Assembly: GCA_903960135.1 (NCBI GenBank)
Contig: CAJBZP010000022.1
Span: forward strand, 771 to 64,770
Length of the DNA stretch: 64,000 bases
Source: an uncultured Actinomycetes bacterium
Lineage (GTDB): Bacteria; Actinomycetota; Actinomycetes; S36-B12
Reading direction: 5' to 3'
Numbering within the stretch: position 1 is the stretch's first letter; every line of letters begins with the position of its first letter. The notes beneath the pieces are model-generated. The model searched no databases and was not told where the DNA came from. It saw only the letters and a list, made by a program, of their open reading frames with translations. Shown here piece after piece: positions 49,702 to 59,276 of this stretch. The translations under genes and the position numbers were made by a program.

Positions 49702-50162
49702 TGAGTAAGCCCGTGCACGTCGCTCTCGACGTTGTCATAAATGCCCCGGTATCGGCGGTGTTTACGGCCTTTAGCCAATGGTCTGAGCAGGGCCGGTGGA
49801 TGCTTGGCACCCACGTTGAGGTCACCAAAGGCGATGGCGCCAGTGTCGGGTCGGAGTTGTCGGCGTTTACCGGCCTCGGGCCGGCTGGATTCTTAGACAC
49901 GATGACGATCACCAGGTGGGATGCGCCATATCGGGTGGACGTATTACACACGGGCAAGGTGGTCCGCGGCACCGGCATCATGGAGGTAGTCGCTTTACCG
50001 GGTGGGCGTTCTAGGTTCATCTGGAGCGAGGACCTAGACCTGCCATTAGGTCGCCTGGGGCGGTTGGGCTGGCCACTTGCCCGCCCGGCCTTCCTCAGTG
50101 GGGTAAGGCGTTCGCTAGTGGCCTTCGGGCGCCTTGTTGAATGCGGGGTCCTGCCCCGCTAG
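49701..50162 (+). CDS. SRPBCC family protein
   Basis: 153 aa. N-terminus VHVALDVVINAPVSAVFTAF is typical of polyketide-cyclase/SRPBCC folds. Confidence 0.6.
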   Translation: MSKPVHVALDVVINAPVSAVFTAFSQWSEQGRWMLGTHVEVTKGDGASVGSELSAFTGLGPAGFLDTMTITRWDAPYRVDVLHTGKVVRGTGIMEVVALPGGRSRFIWSEDLDLPLGRLGRLGWPLARPAFLSGVRRSLVAFGRLVECGVLPR

Positions 50163-50195
50163 GTCAACCCCGCTAGGTCAACCCCGATAGGTGAG
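50154..50195. repeat. 14-bp tandem repeat x3 (CCCCGCTAGGTCAA) containing the SRPBCC gene stop codon
   Basis: Two perfect units plus a diverged third (CCCCGATAGGTGAG). Confidence 0.9.
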
Positions 50196-50241
50196 CTGGG
50201 GTGTGCACCCGCGATAATGGTCCAATGAGAAAGGGGTCTAC

Positions 50242-50409
50242 ATGGCCGCGATGAAGCCACGGACGGGTGATGGTCCCCTCGAGGTAACAAAGGAGGGGCG
50301 CAGTTATGTGATGCGCGTCCCACTCGAAGGCGGCGGTCGACTCGTCGTCGAACTCAAGGCCGACGAAGCCCGCGAACTTGGTGACAAATTGTTGGCGGTT
50401 TTCGTCTAG
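50242..50409 (+). CDS. DUF3117-type conserved actinobacterial small protein (55 aa)
   Basis: Not in the ORF track (<60 aa). ATG follows GAGAAAGGGG. Product is MAAMKPRTGDGPLEVTKEGRSYVMRVPLEGGGRLVVELKADEARELGDKLLAVFV, which matches my recollection of DUF3117 proteins. Confidence 0.8.
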   Translation: MAAMKPRTGDGPLEVTKEGRSYVMRVPLEGGGRLVVELKADEARELGDKLLAVFV

Positions 50410-50430
50410 GGGAAAGCCAGAACTACTTTA

Positions 50431-50475
50431 TATCGAGGTGCCGGTCCAAGTGGCCGGTCACCTCGATACTTTTTT
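50431..50475 (+). terminator. intrinsic terminator
   Basis: Stem of about 16 bp (TATCGAGGTGCCGGTC...GGCCGGTCACCTCGATA) followed by CTTTTTT, 21 nt after the DUF3117 stop. Confidence 0.75.
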
Positions 50476-50477
50476 GG

Positions 50478-51260
50478 CTACTGCATCTCGCCGCGGAGCA
50501 CGGCAGCGAGCAGGCCGTCACCAATTGTCATGAGGGCTGGCACCCAGTGTTCGTCATCGCGTAGTGCGTGCGCCACATCGCGCAGTGCCGCGGTTTCAGC
50601 ATCGCGCTGGCCCGGGTCGGCTACCCGGCCGTTCGATAAGACATTGTCGAAAGCCAAGATGCCGCCAACGCGCAGCAGGCGCCGGGCCTGCTGCAAGATC
50701 GCCGGGTATTCGGCCTTATCGCCGTCGACGAAAACCAGGTCGTAGGCCTGATCGGTAAGTCGGGGCAGGACGTCCAGCGCGCGGCCGGCAATCAAACGGG
50801 CCCGCACGTGGTCGTAGCCCAGCTCGGTAAGGGTGTCGCGGGCTACCCGTTGGTTCTCGGCTTCAATATCTATTGAGGTCAAGATTGAGTCCGGGGCCAT
50901 TCCCGATAAGAGTGCGGCGGCCGAGACGCCGGTGCCGGTGCCGACCTCGACCACGGTTTGGGCGTTGATCGCCGTTGCGAGTAGTCGCAGGACGGCCGCC
51001 GTCGACCGAGTGACCGGCGTGCAGTCAAGTTCGACCGCCTTGCGCCGGGCGGCCCGGATGTGCTCGTCGTCCTCAAGCCAACCCTCGGCATAGGCCCAAG
51101 ATGCGGTATTGGGTGGGGTGGTCGGTTTACCCGGTGATTCGGGCTGGTTGCTGGTAATGGTGCACCTCCGCTGCGCTGGGATTGCCCGCAGCCTAGCCTT
51201 AGCCCAGATAAGAGGAGCCAACGAGCATGAGCATTGATCCGATGACCCCTTCGGTGCCAA
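50478..51260 (-). CDS. class I SAM-dependent O-methyltransferase (caffeoyl-CoA OMT-like)
   Basis: VVEVGTGTGVS SAM motif and VFVDGDKAEY. The track start (TTG 51260) overlaps the htrA start. ATT 51158, preceded by GGAGG at 6-nt spacing, gives a family-typical 226 aa. Confidence 0.8.
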   Translation of the reverse strand: MAPKGSSDQCSCSLAPLIWAKARLRAIPAQRRCTITSNQPESPGKPTTPPNTASWAYAEGWLEDDEHIRAARRKAVELDCTPVTRSTAAVLRLLATAINAQTVVEVGTGTGVSAAALLSGMAPDSILTSIDIEAENQRVARDTLTELGYDHVRARLIAGRALDVLPRLTDQAYDLVFVDGDKAEYPAILQQARRLLRVGGILAFDNVLSNGRVADPGQRDAETAALRDVAHALRDDEHWVPALMTIGDGLLAAVLRGEMQ

Positions 51261-52402
51261 CGGCCCAGCCCGAGCCGAGCCTGCCCCCAGTGGCGCCGGT
51301 GCGCCCAGAGCCGCGCCGAGGACTTGGGCTTTTCGCCACCGTCTTGGTTGCCGGGATCACGGCACTGGTAGTTGGACTCGTTGCCGGACTTAGCGGTTAT
51401 CTAATCGGACAGTCCGTTGACGAAAATGCCGTGCCGGCCGCACCGGTTGTCGCAGCGGTGCCGCTCACCCAATCCAGCGGCGATACCTCACCGCGCTCGG
51501 ACCAATCAATTGCCGGCATCGTGTCGGCGGTGCTGCCGTCGGTGGTTTCCATCCTCGTCGAAGGCGCTGAGGAGTCCGGTAGCGGTTCGGGATTTGTTCT
51601 GCGGCCCGACGGCTACATTCTCACCAACAACCATGTTGTCAATTTCTCTGATGATGACAAAAAGATCACCGTGGTTTTCAGTGACGGGACCGAAGCAAAG
51701 GGCACGATTGTCGGCACCAACGATTCATATGACCTAGCGGTCATCAAGGTCAAAGAGTCAGCGCTTCGACCATTAACCCTTGGTAACTCGGATGCGCTAG
51801 CGGTAGGGGATTCAGCGATTGCCATCGGCGCACCGCTCGGACTTGATGGCACCGTCACTTACGGCATCATCAGTGCGCTTGATCGTCCGGTTACCGCCGG
51901 CACTCAGGGTGATGTTTCGTATATCAACGCAATTCAAACGGACGCTGCAATTAACCCCGGAAACTCAGGTGGCCCGCTACTCGATGCCACCGGGCGCGTT
52001 ATCGGCGTCAACTCCGCAATCGCCACGATGATCGGTGGCGGCGAGGGTGGCAGTATCGGGCTTGGGTTCGCTATCCCGGTTAATTCCGCGAAGCGCATCG
52101 CCGAGGAAATCATCGCGACGGGTTCCGCAAGCACTCCGGTGATTGGCGTGACACTCGATCTGACCTTCACCGAGGACGGCGCCAAGATCGGTGAGATAAA
52201 TCCCGGTGGGCCATCTGAAAAGGGTGGGCTGGTCAAGGGTGACATCATCGTCAAGCTCGGGGATCGGGTAATTAACGACTCCACCGAGCTGGTCGTGGCC
52301 ATTCGCGAATATGCGCCCGGTGATCCGGTGGTGCTCGAATTCCGTCGGGGTGGCGTTACGCGTGAGGTAACGATCACATTGGGCACCGCCGAAGCTAATT
52401 AG
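51227..52402 (+). CDS. htrA: HtrA/DegP-type trypsin-like serine protease with PDZ domain
   Basis: TM anchor, TNNHV, DLAVIKV and GNSGGPL catalytic motifs, C-terminal PDZ domain. ATG follows AGAGGAGCC. Confidence 0.9.
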   Translation: MSIDPMTPSVPTAQPEPSLPPVAPVRPEPRRGLGLFATVLVAGITALVVGLVAGLSGYLIGQSVDENAVPAAPVVAAVPLTQSSGDTSPRSDQSIAGIVSAVLPSVVSILVEGAEESGSGSGFVLRPDGYILTNNHVVNFSDDDKKITVVFSDGTEAKGTIVGTNDSYDLAVIKVKESALRPLTLGNSDALAVGDSAIAIGAPLGLDGTVTYGIISALDRPVTAGTQGDVSYINAIQTDAAINPGNSGGPLLDATGRVIGVNSAIATMIGGGEGGSIGLGFAIPVNSAKRIAEEIIATGSASTPVIGVTLDLTFTEDGAKIGEINPGGPSEKGGLVKGDIIVKLGDRVINDSTELVVAIREYAPGDPVVLEFRRGGVTREVTITLGTAEAN

Positions 52403-52419
52403 CAAGGTAGTGTTCGGCT

Positions 52420-52755
52420 ATGTTCGATATTGGCATCGGCGAGATCATGATCTTGGCCGTCCTGGGCCTGTTGATCTTCGGCCCGGAGCGCCTGCCCAAG
52501 GCCGCCGCTGATGCCGGCCGCCTGGCCCGCCAACTCCGTGAGATGGCATCAGGGGCCAAGCGTGATCTGGCCGACTCGGCTGGCCTGGACATGAGCGAGA
52601 CCATGGAGTCAGTGCGAAGTATCGGGGATCTACACCCGCGCAAGTTGGCGGCAAGTTTGTTCGCCGATGATGGGCCGGCGGACGCAAAGCCGGCGAAAAC
52701 CGAAGCTGACGCCAGCCCGGCGACCAAACCGGTTTTTGATCCCGACGCTACCTAG
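52420..52755 (+). CDS. tatB: Sec-independent protein translocase TatB
   Basis: 111 aa. MFDIGIGEIMILAVLGLLIFGPERLPK is the TatA/B signature. Position after htrA matches tatB. Confidence 0.85.
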   Translation: MFDIGIGEIMILAVLGLLIFGPERLPKAAADAGRLARQLREMASGAKRDLADSAGLDMSETMESVRSIGDLHPRKLAASLFADDGPADAKPAKTEADASPATKPVFDPDAT

Positions 52756-53888
52756 CGCGCGGTTGGCGTAAGGCTCAGGTTTAGCTGGGCCAAGCCCCGC
52801 GGCTTGGTGCCCAGGGTGCGGGCGATTTCGCGAAGAGCAAGTGCTGCCGGCGCCTCCGGCTGGCTGAGCACCAATGGTGAACCAGCGTCACCGCCCTCGC
52901 GAAGTGCCACATCGAATGGGATCTTGCCAAGTAGTGGCACCGGCTTGCCGAAGACTTCAGAAAGTTGCTCAGCAACCAACGCCCCTCCGCCCATGCCAAA
53001 CAGGTCAAGTGGCTCGCCACAGTGCGGGCACGGGAAACCACTCATGTTTTCAATGACGCCGGCAACTCGCTGCTTGGTCTGTTCGGCGAGGGTGCCGGCC
53101 CGGACTGCTACATCGGCGGCCGCCGGCTGTGGGGTGGTGACTACGACGATTTCAGCATCCGGCAGCAGCTGCGCGGTGGAGATTGCGATATCGCCCGTGC
53201 CCGGCGGCAGGTCAAGCAGCAGGACGTCTAGATCACCCCACCACACATCTGACAGGAATTGCTCGAGGGCGCGGTGCAGCATTGGTCCGCGAAAGGCGAC
53301 CGGCTGCGTGACCCCACCCGGCTTGAAAGCAAGCATCGAGATAAGCCGAACCCCAAATGCCATCGGCGGCATGATCATGCCCTCAACCATGTTCGGTTCG
53401 GCCGTGGTGCCGAGCATTCGGGGTATTGAGTGCCCATACATATCGGCGTCTACGAGACCGACGGCCAGCCCCATGTCGGCCATGGCGACGGCGAGATTAG
53501 CGGTGACCGATGACTTGCCGACACCGCCTTTACCAGATGCAATTGCATAGACCCGCGTTAGTGATCCGGGCTGGGCGAATTGGATTTCGCGTGCATCATG
53601 CCCGCGCAGCAGTTTCTTTAGGTCGGCACGTTGCTGGTCGCCCATCACGTCGAGCACCACATTTACGCCGGTAACCCCGGGGACGGGTTTCACGGCATTG
53701 GTCACGCGCTCGGTGATGGTGTCGCGCATCGGGCAGCCTTTTATGGTCAGCCAAACCGTGACGGTGACTACACCCTTCTTCGAACATTCAACGTCCTTGA
53801 GCATCCCGATCTCAGTTATCGGGCGGTTTATCTCAGGGTCTTTAACGTCGGCGAGGGCAAGGCGAACTGCTGCTAGGTCAACGCTCAT
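52752..53888 (-). CDS. mrp: Mrp/ApbC-type Fe-S cluster carrier ATPase
   Basis: N-terminal DUF59-like domain, deviant Walker A SGKGGVGKSS, CPHCGE motif. Confidence 0.9.
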   Translation of the reverse strand: MSVDLAAVRLALADVKDPEINRPITEIGMLKDVECSKKGVVTVTVWLTIKGCPMRDTITERVTNAVKPVPGVTGVNVVLDVMGDQQRADLKKLLRGHDAREIQFAQPGSLTRVYAIASGKGGVGKSSVTANLAVAMADMGLAVGLVDADMYGHSIPRMLGTTAEPNMVEGMIMPPMAFGVRLISMLAFKPGGVTQPVAFRGPMLHRALEQFLSDVWWGDLDVLLLDLPPGTGDIAISTAQLLPDAEIVVVTTPQPAAADVAVRAGTLAEQTKQRVAGVIENMSGFPCPHCGEPLDLFGMGGGALVAEQLSEVFGKPVPLLGKIPFDVALREGGDAGSPLVLSQPEAPAALALREIARTLGTKPRGLAQLNLSLTPTAR

Positions 53889-53897
53889 GCCGACAGA

Positions 53898-54416
53898 CTA
53901 CGCACGGTCATCCGATCGCGCATTCGCGTCATCGAGTTTGTCGGTTAGATCTCCAAGTAGATCACGGATTTCGCCGTGCACGTAGTCGCGGGTTGCGACT
54001 TCGCCGATAGCTAGGCGAAGCGCTGCAATTTCCCGCGCTAGGTAGTCGCTATCCGCGAGTAAACGCTCGGTTCGGGCCCGATCCTCTTGGTATTGAACGC
54101 GGTCGCGGTCGGCCTGCCGATATTGGGCCAGCAAAATCAGTGGCGCCGCGTACGACGCTTGGAGTGAGAGCAGCAGGGTTAAGAAAATGAATGGAAACGG
54201 ATCAATGCGTAGGTCGACGGGGGCCAAGGAGTTCCAGGACACCCAACCAATGACAACCGCTGTCATCCACGCGATAAAAGCCCATGACCCGATGCGCCGC
54301 GCAACGCGCTCAGATAGTCGGCCGAAAAGCTCTGGATCATAGGCACCACGAAGTTGCAAGCCGCGCTCAAGGGGTTGATCCAAGCGCGACTGCCGACGCG
54401 GTGCTGGCCTAGCCAT
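53898..54416 (-). CDS. DUF1003 membrane protein
   Basis: ATG 54416 overlaps the upstream stop by 8 nt. Two TM helices, then a coiled C-terminal tail. Confidence 0.65.
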   Translation of the reverse strand: MARPAPRRQSRLDQPLERGLQLRGAYDPELFGRLSERVARRIGSWAFIAWMTAVVIGWVSWNSLAPVDLRIDPFPFIFLTLLLSLQASYAAPLILLAQYRQADRDRVQYQEDRARTERLLADSDYLAREIAALRLAIGEVATRDYVHGEIRDLLGDLTDKLDDANARSDDRA

Positions 54417-55671
54417 GTTGATCACCGTCGTGGTTTTCGCGTTCGCGCCAATCGCCGGGGAGCATGTGGTCAATTACGTCATCGACTGTTACCGCACCAA
54501 GGAGCCGGTTGTTCTCATCGACAACCGGAAGGGCGACCAAGTTATAGGCTGCGAATGTGCGTGCGACCTCTGCGAGCCCGACATGTGGGCCGATGGGAAC
54601 CAGTGAAGTGTCGACAATGGACGAAACCATGGTGGCCGGTGGCTCGCGCAGCAAGCGCTGAAAATGGCAAGTACCCAAGTACCTACCGGTTGGTGTTTCG
54701 GTTGGCGAGCGGGTCACGTAGACCTGCGAGGCAAGGGCCGGTGAAAGATCGGCATTTCTTATGTGGGCGAGGGCGTCGGCAACCGTGGCATCGGCCGGTA
54801 GAACTACTGGCTCAGTTGTCATCATGCCGCCGGCGGAGAAATCGTCATAAGTCAACAGGCGCCGAATATCCTCGGCCTCATCTGGCTCCATGCGCTCGAG
54901 TAGGTCTTCGGCCTGATCCTTTGGTAGGCCGGAGATCAGGTCAGCCGCATCGTCGGGGTCCATCTCTTCGAGGACGTCAGCGGCGCGTTCGGCTTCGAGC
55001 ATCTGCAAAATCCCAAACTGATCATCCTCGGGAAGTTCTTCAAGGACATCGGCAAGTCGCTCGTCATCTAGCTCGCGCACAAGTTCAAGTCGCCGCTTTG
55101 GGGTGAGGTCCTGCAACACCGCTGCGATGTCGGCCGCCGGTAGGGAGTCAAGGCTGGCCAGCAGGAGCTCGGCCGGCTGATCGGCTAGTGGCAACGACAA
55201 CCCGCGAATTTCGGGCCAATCGACGATGAAACGCTCACCGCGCCGCCGAAATCCGTGACCGCCTCTACGAACGAAGAGTTGCGACACCAGCCAGTCCTGC
55301 GTGCGGCTTTGTTCAACCGCCATGTCGAGTACGGAAACCGCCGCGCCGCCGGTAATAAGTTCAACGGTCCGGTCGAGGATCTCGGCGGTGACTAGGGTCT
55401 CGCCCGGTCGCTGTTCGAAACGGCGCAGGTTCACGGTGCCGGTAACGATGATCTGGCCGGTGTCGATATTGGTGACTTTGGTCATCGGGACAAAGATGCG
55501 TCGGCGTGGTTGTACCTCGACGACTAGGCCGGTGAGCCGGGGCGGGTTATTGCCGCTGCGGAGAACCACGATGGCATCGCGAACCTTGCCCAGTTGGTCA
55601 CCATTGGGGTCAAAAACCCCGAGGCCGGCCAACCGGGCCAGGAAAACCCGGGTCGCGGTGCTCGTCGTCAC
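54409..55671 (-). CDS. MgtE N-terminal domain plus CBS-pair protein (no transporter domain)
   Basis: 420 aa with acidic MgtE_N repeats (LEELPEDDQ, LEEMDPDDAADL) and tandem CBS motifs. No TM segments. Confidence 0.8.
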   Translation of the reverse strand: MTTSTATRVFLARLAGLGVFDPNGDQLGKVRDAIVVLRSGNNPPRLTGLVVEVQPRRRIFVPMTKVTNIDTGQIIVTGTVNLRRFEQRPGETLVTAEILDRTVELITGGAAVSVLDMAVEQSRTQDWLVSQLFVRRGGHGFRRRGERFIVDWPEIRGLSLPLADQPAELLLASLDSLPAADIAAVLQDLTPKRRLELVRELDDERLADVLEELPEDDQFGILQMLEAERAADVLEEMDPDDAADLISGLPKDQAEDLLERMEPDEAEDIRRLLTYDDFSAGGMMTTEPVVLPADATVADALAHIRNADLSPALASQVYVTRSPTETPTGRYLGTCHFQRLLREPPATMVSSIVDTSLVPIGPHVGLAEVARTFAAYNLVALPVVDENNRLLGAVTVDDVIDHMLPGDWRERENHDGDQHG

Positions 55672-55694
55672 GACCGAAGGCTACCGTCGCTGAC

Positions 55695-56621
55695 GTGTCA
55701 GCAGCCCCGCAGCCGTCAACTACCCTGCACCGCCCCCCGGCTGGGGACCTGGCCTGGCTGGGGGTGGCCATAGTTTTCATCTCAACCTCGGGCCCGATTA
55801 TCACCGTTATCGCGGCCCCGGCCCTGGCCATTGCTTTTTGGCGTTGCTTCCTGGGCTCGGGGGCCACCGGGGTTTGGGTGCTGCTCCGCCAGCGTGGAGC
55901 CTTTGGGCAATTGACCCGGCGCGAGGTCAAGCTCATGGTGTTCGCCGGCCTGCTATTGGGCGCACACTTTGCCGCTTGGATCCCGTCCCTGCGGTTCACC
56001 ACGGTCGCTTCGTCCACCGCGCTGGTCGCAACGCAGCCAATCTGGGCAGCCCTCTTGGCACGCTTTCGCGGAGTGCACATCCCCGGGCAGGCCTGGTTTG
56101 GCATCGCGGTCGCCCTGATAGGCATCCTCGTCTTGACCGGCATCGATTTCACCGTCGACCCGAAGCACTTAATCGGTGATGGGTTGGCACTGCTGGGTGG
56201 CATGCTTGCCGCCGCCTATGTGACGGTAGCCGGGCAGGCCCGTCAGAGTGTTTCGACTTCGGTAACGACTTTTGGTGTTTACGCAAGTGCCGGCGCCCTG
56301 CTGATTGTCATGTGCTTAGTGCTCCGGGTGCCGCTGGTGGGCTTTAGTTTGCGAGATTGGCTGTTGATCTTGGCCTTGACCGTGGGGGCACAGCTACTTG
56401 GTCACACCCTCATAAACAAAGTGCTGTCGACTACGTCTGCGACGGTGGTTTCCCTGGCGATTTTATTTGAAATGCCCGGTTCGACCTTGGTGGCCGCTGT
56501 CTGGCTGGGCCAGATCCCGCCACTTGGCATCATTCCGGCGGTGGCCTTGATGTTCATCGGGCTGGTACTCGTGATTAGGTCCAGCAGTGTGAAAGAGCCC
56601 ACAGAAAGCCCGCCAATCTAG
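55695..56621 (+). CDS. DMT superfamily (EamA) transporter
   Basis: 308 aa with ten hydrophobic helices in a duplicated EamA layout. Confidence 0.8.
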   Translation: MSAAPQPSTTLHRPPAGDLAWLGVAIVFISTSGPIITVIAAPALAIAFWRCFLGSGATGVWVLLRQRGAFGQLTRREVKLMVFAGLLLGAHFAAWIPSLRFTTVASSTALVATQPIWAALLARFRGVHIPGQAWFGIAVALIGILVLTGIDFTVDPKHLIGDGLALLGGMLAAAYVTVAGQARQSVSTSVTTFGVYASAGALLIVMCLVLRVPLVGFSLRDWLLILALTVGAQLLGHTLINKVLSTTSATVVSLAILFEMPGSTLVAAVWLGQIPPLGIIPAVALMFIGLVLVIRSSSVKEPTESPPI

Positions 56622-56680
56622 TTTTCGAGTAGGCGCCCCCGCGCCAGGTCGGTACGCTCACCTTGCCCCAAGGAGGATAA

Positions 56681-57643
56681 ATGTCCAGTCCAAGAGTGCT
56701 GCGCTCGCGTCGCTCAAACCTCGCAGTGCCCGGCAGCAGCCCCAAAATGCTCGACAAGGCCCGCGGGCTGGCAGCCGACCAGATCTTCATGGATATCGAA
56801 GATGCCGTTGCGCCACTTGCCAAGCCCGAAGCGCGCAAGAACATAGTTGCTGCGTTAAACGAAGGCGGTTACGAGGGCAAGGTTCGCTCGGTGCGGGTAA
56901 ATGACTGGACTACCCAGTGGACTTATCAAGACGTGGTAGAAGTTGTTGAAGGTGCCGGCCCCAACCTGGATTGCATCATGTTGCCGAAGGTGCAAACAGC
57001 CGATCAGGTCGTGGCACTTGACCTGTTACTCACCCAAATCGAAAAGTCGAATGGTCTTGAAGTCGGCCGCATAGGCATTGAAGCGCAGATCGAGAACGCG
57101 CTCGGCCTGATCAACGTTGATGCCATCGCGCAGGCCAGCCCGCGGGTCGAGACCATCATCTTCGGCCCGGCCGATTTCATGGCCAGCATCAACATGAAGT
57201 CACTTGTTGTGGGTGAGCAGCCACCAGGTTATGACGTTGGCGATGCCTACCACTACATCTTGATGCGAATCTTGATGGCGGCTCGCGCCTTCGACAAGCA
57301 GGCCATTGATGGCCCTTATCTGCAGATCAAGGATGTCGATGGCTTCCGCCGGGTCGCTGGACGCGCGGCCGCTTTGGGTTTCGATGGCAAATGGGTTTTG
57401 CACCCGGGTCAACTGGACGCCGCCAATGAGATCTTCTCCCCGCGGCAAGATGACTATGACAAAGCCGAAATGATTCTTGACGCCTACGACTACTACACCT
57501 CTGCTGCCGGTGGCGCAAAAGGCGCCGCGATGCTCGGTGACGAGATGATTGATGAAGCCTCGCGCAAAATGGCGCTCGTAGTTTCAGCCAAGGGTCGTGC
57601 CGCCGGAATGGCTCGTACTCAGACTTTCACCCCACCGGAGTAA
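56681..57643 (+). CDS. HpcH/HpaI aldolase / citrate lyase beta subunit-like CoA-ester lyase
   Basis: 320 aa with RSNLAVPGSSPKM, IFMDIEDAV and LPKV motifs typical of CitE/malyl-CoA lyase. Confidence 0.85.
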   Translation: MSSPRVLRSRRSNLAVPGSSPKMLDKARGLAADQIFMDIEDAVAPLAKPEARKNIVAALNEGGYEGKVRSVRVNDWTTQWTYQDVVEVVEGAGPNLDCIMLPKVQTADQVVALDLLLTQIEKSNGLEVGRIGIEAQIENALGLINVDAIAQASPRVETIIFGPADFMASINMKSLVVGEQPPGYDVGDAYHYILMRILMAARAFDKQAIDGPYLQIKDVDGFRRVAGRAAALGFDGKWVLHPGQLDAANEIFSPRQDDYDKAEMILDAYDYYTSAAGGAKGAAMLGDEMIDEASRKMALVVSAKGRAAGMARTQTFTPPE

Positions 57644-57652
57644 AGGATTGCG

Positions 57653-58855
57653 ATGAAGAAGCTGGCGGAGACCGAAGGACTGACAGAGATTCAAGGCGAC
57701 ATCATTGCCGCAATTCGGGATTTTGTTGACAAGGAGATCCTGCCTTATGCGACGGAGTTGGAGCATAAGGACGAGTACCCGGCCGATATCGTCGATGGAT
57801 TGAAGGACCTTGGGGTCTTTGGCCTGATGATTCCCGAGGAGTATGGCGGTCTCGGGGAGTCGCTCCTCACCTACGCCCTCGTTGTTGAAGAAATTGCCCG
57901 GGGTTGGATGAGTGTCAGCGGCGTCATCAATACGCACTTCATCGTGGCATACATGCTCATGCATCACGGAACCGAGCAGCAAAAGCAGTACTACCTACCG
58001 CGGATGGCAACCGGTGAGGTGCGCGGTGCATTCTCGATGAGTGAGCCAGGGTGTGGTTCTGATGTGGCGGCGATTACCAGCAAGGCGGTCAAAGACGGCG
58101 ATGACTACTTGCTGACCGGCCAGAAGATGTGGCTGACGAATGGCGGGTCGTCAACCCTTGTAGCGGTACTCGTGCGCACCGATGATGTCGAAGCGGACGC
58201 CAGTGTCTATAAGAAGATGTCTACGTTCCTGATCGAGAAGCCGGCTGGGTTTGGTGAGGTAATTCCTGGCCTGACCATTCCGGGCAGGATCGAAAAGATG
58301 GGTTACAAGGGCGTGGACACCACCGAAATGGTGATGGATGGCGTCCGCATCTCGCAAGACAATCTACTCGGCGGGGTGCCCGGGCAGGGCTTCTATCAAA
58401 TGATGGATGGTGTTGAAGTTGGCCGGGTAAACGTTGCCGCTCGCGGCTGCGGGGTGGCGCTTCGGGCGTTCGAGCTCGGGATCGAGTACGCGCAGCAGCG
58501 GGTTACCTTCGGCAAGCCCATTGTCGAACATCAGGCGGTGGCATTTCGACTAGCCGATATGGCGACCAAAGTCGAAGCTGCGCATCAAATGATGGTGATG
58601 GCTGCACGTAAAAAGGACTCTGGCGAGCGCAATGACCTTGAGTCTGGCATGGCGAAATATCTCGCGAGCGAATACTGCAAAGAGGTGGTCGAAGACTCCT
58701 TCCGGATCCATGGTGGTTACGGCTACTCAAAGGAATACGAGATCGAGCGCTTGTATCGCGAGGCGCCGATGCTCCTGATTGGCGAAGGCACCGCCGATAT
58801 TCAACGCATCATCATTGCTCGCCGCCTACTCGAGGAATACAAAATCCGCACGTGA
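57653..58855 (+). CDS. acyl-CoA dehydrogenase
   Basis: 400 aa with FSMSEPGCGSD, WLTNG and IGEGTADIQR motifs. Confidence 0.9.
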   Translation: MKKLAETEGLTEIQGDIIAAIRDFVDKEILPYATELEHKDEYPADIVDGLKDLGVFGLMIPEEYGGLGESLLTYALVVEEIARGWMSVSGVINTHFIVAYMLMHHGTEQQKQYYLPRMATGEVRGAFSMSEPGCGSDVAAITSKAVKDGDDYLLTGQKMWLTNGGSSTLVAVLVRTDDVEADASVYKKMSTFLIEKPAGFGEVIPGLTIPGRIEKMGYKGVDTTEMVMDGVRISQDNLLGGVPGQGFYQMMDGVEVGRVNVAARGCGVALRAFELGIEYAQQRVTFGKPIVEHQAVAFRLADMATKVEAAHQMMVMAARKKDSGERNDLESGMAKYLASEYCKEVVEDSFRIHGGYGYSKEYEIERLYREAPMLLIGEGTADIQRIIIARRLLEEYKIRT

Positions 58856-59253
58856 GCACCCTGATCCCGTGCGTCGGTGCGGTGGTTTTCGATGAGGCCG
58901 GCGCATTGTTGTTAGTCAAGCGGGGCCACGAGCCGGCCCTTGGCCGCTGGTCGTTGCCCGGTGGTCGGGTTGAGCCCGGTGAAAGCCACGAGGCCGCCAT
59001 CATCCGCGAGGTCTTTGAGGAGACGGGCCTAACCATCTCGGTGGTGCGCGAGGTGGGCACGGTGCACCGAGCGGCCCCGGGGGGCGGCACCTACGTCGTC
59101 AAAGATTTCCTTGGCAAGTGCATCGAGAGTCGAATCCCGGTCGGGAATGATGACGCGGATGAGGCGAGCTTTTTCGCGCTCGAGGATCTGGGCGACCTAG
59201 ACACTAGCGACGGGCTGCTCGAAGCCTTGGCCGAATGGGGCCTAATCGACTAG
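58852..59253 (+). CDS. NUDIX hydrolase
   Basis: Nudix box GGRVEPGESHEAAIIREVFEETGL. GTGA overlap with the upstream stop. Confidence 0.85.
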   Translation: MSTLIPCVGAVVFDEAGALLLVKRGHEPALGRWSLPGGRVEPGESHEAAIIREVFEETGLTISVVREVGTVHRAAPGGGTYVVKDFLGKCIESRIPVGNDDADEASFFALEDLGDLDTSDGLLEALAEWGLID

Positions 59254-59276
59254 CAGGGCGGGGGTGAATTCAATTG

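Noticed and set aside
43699-50195. Short tandem repeats as a CRISPR array or minisatellite locus
   Set aside because: The units are contiguous with no spacers, only 9-14 bp long with 3-4 copies, and occur at three separate gene ends. This is not a CRISPR architecture.
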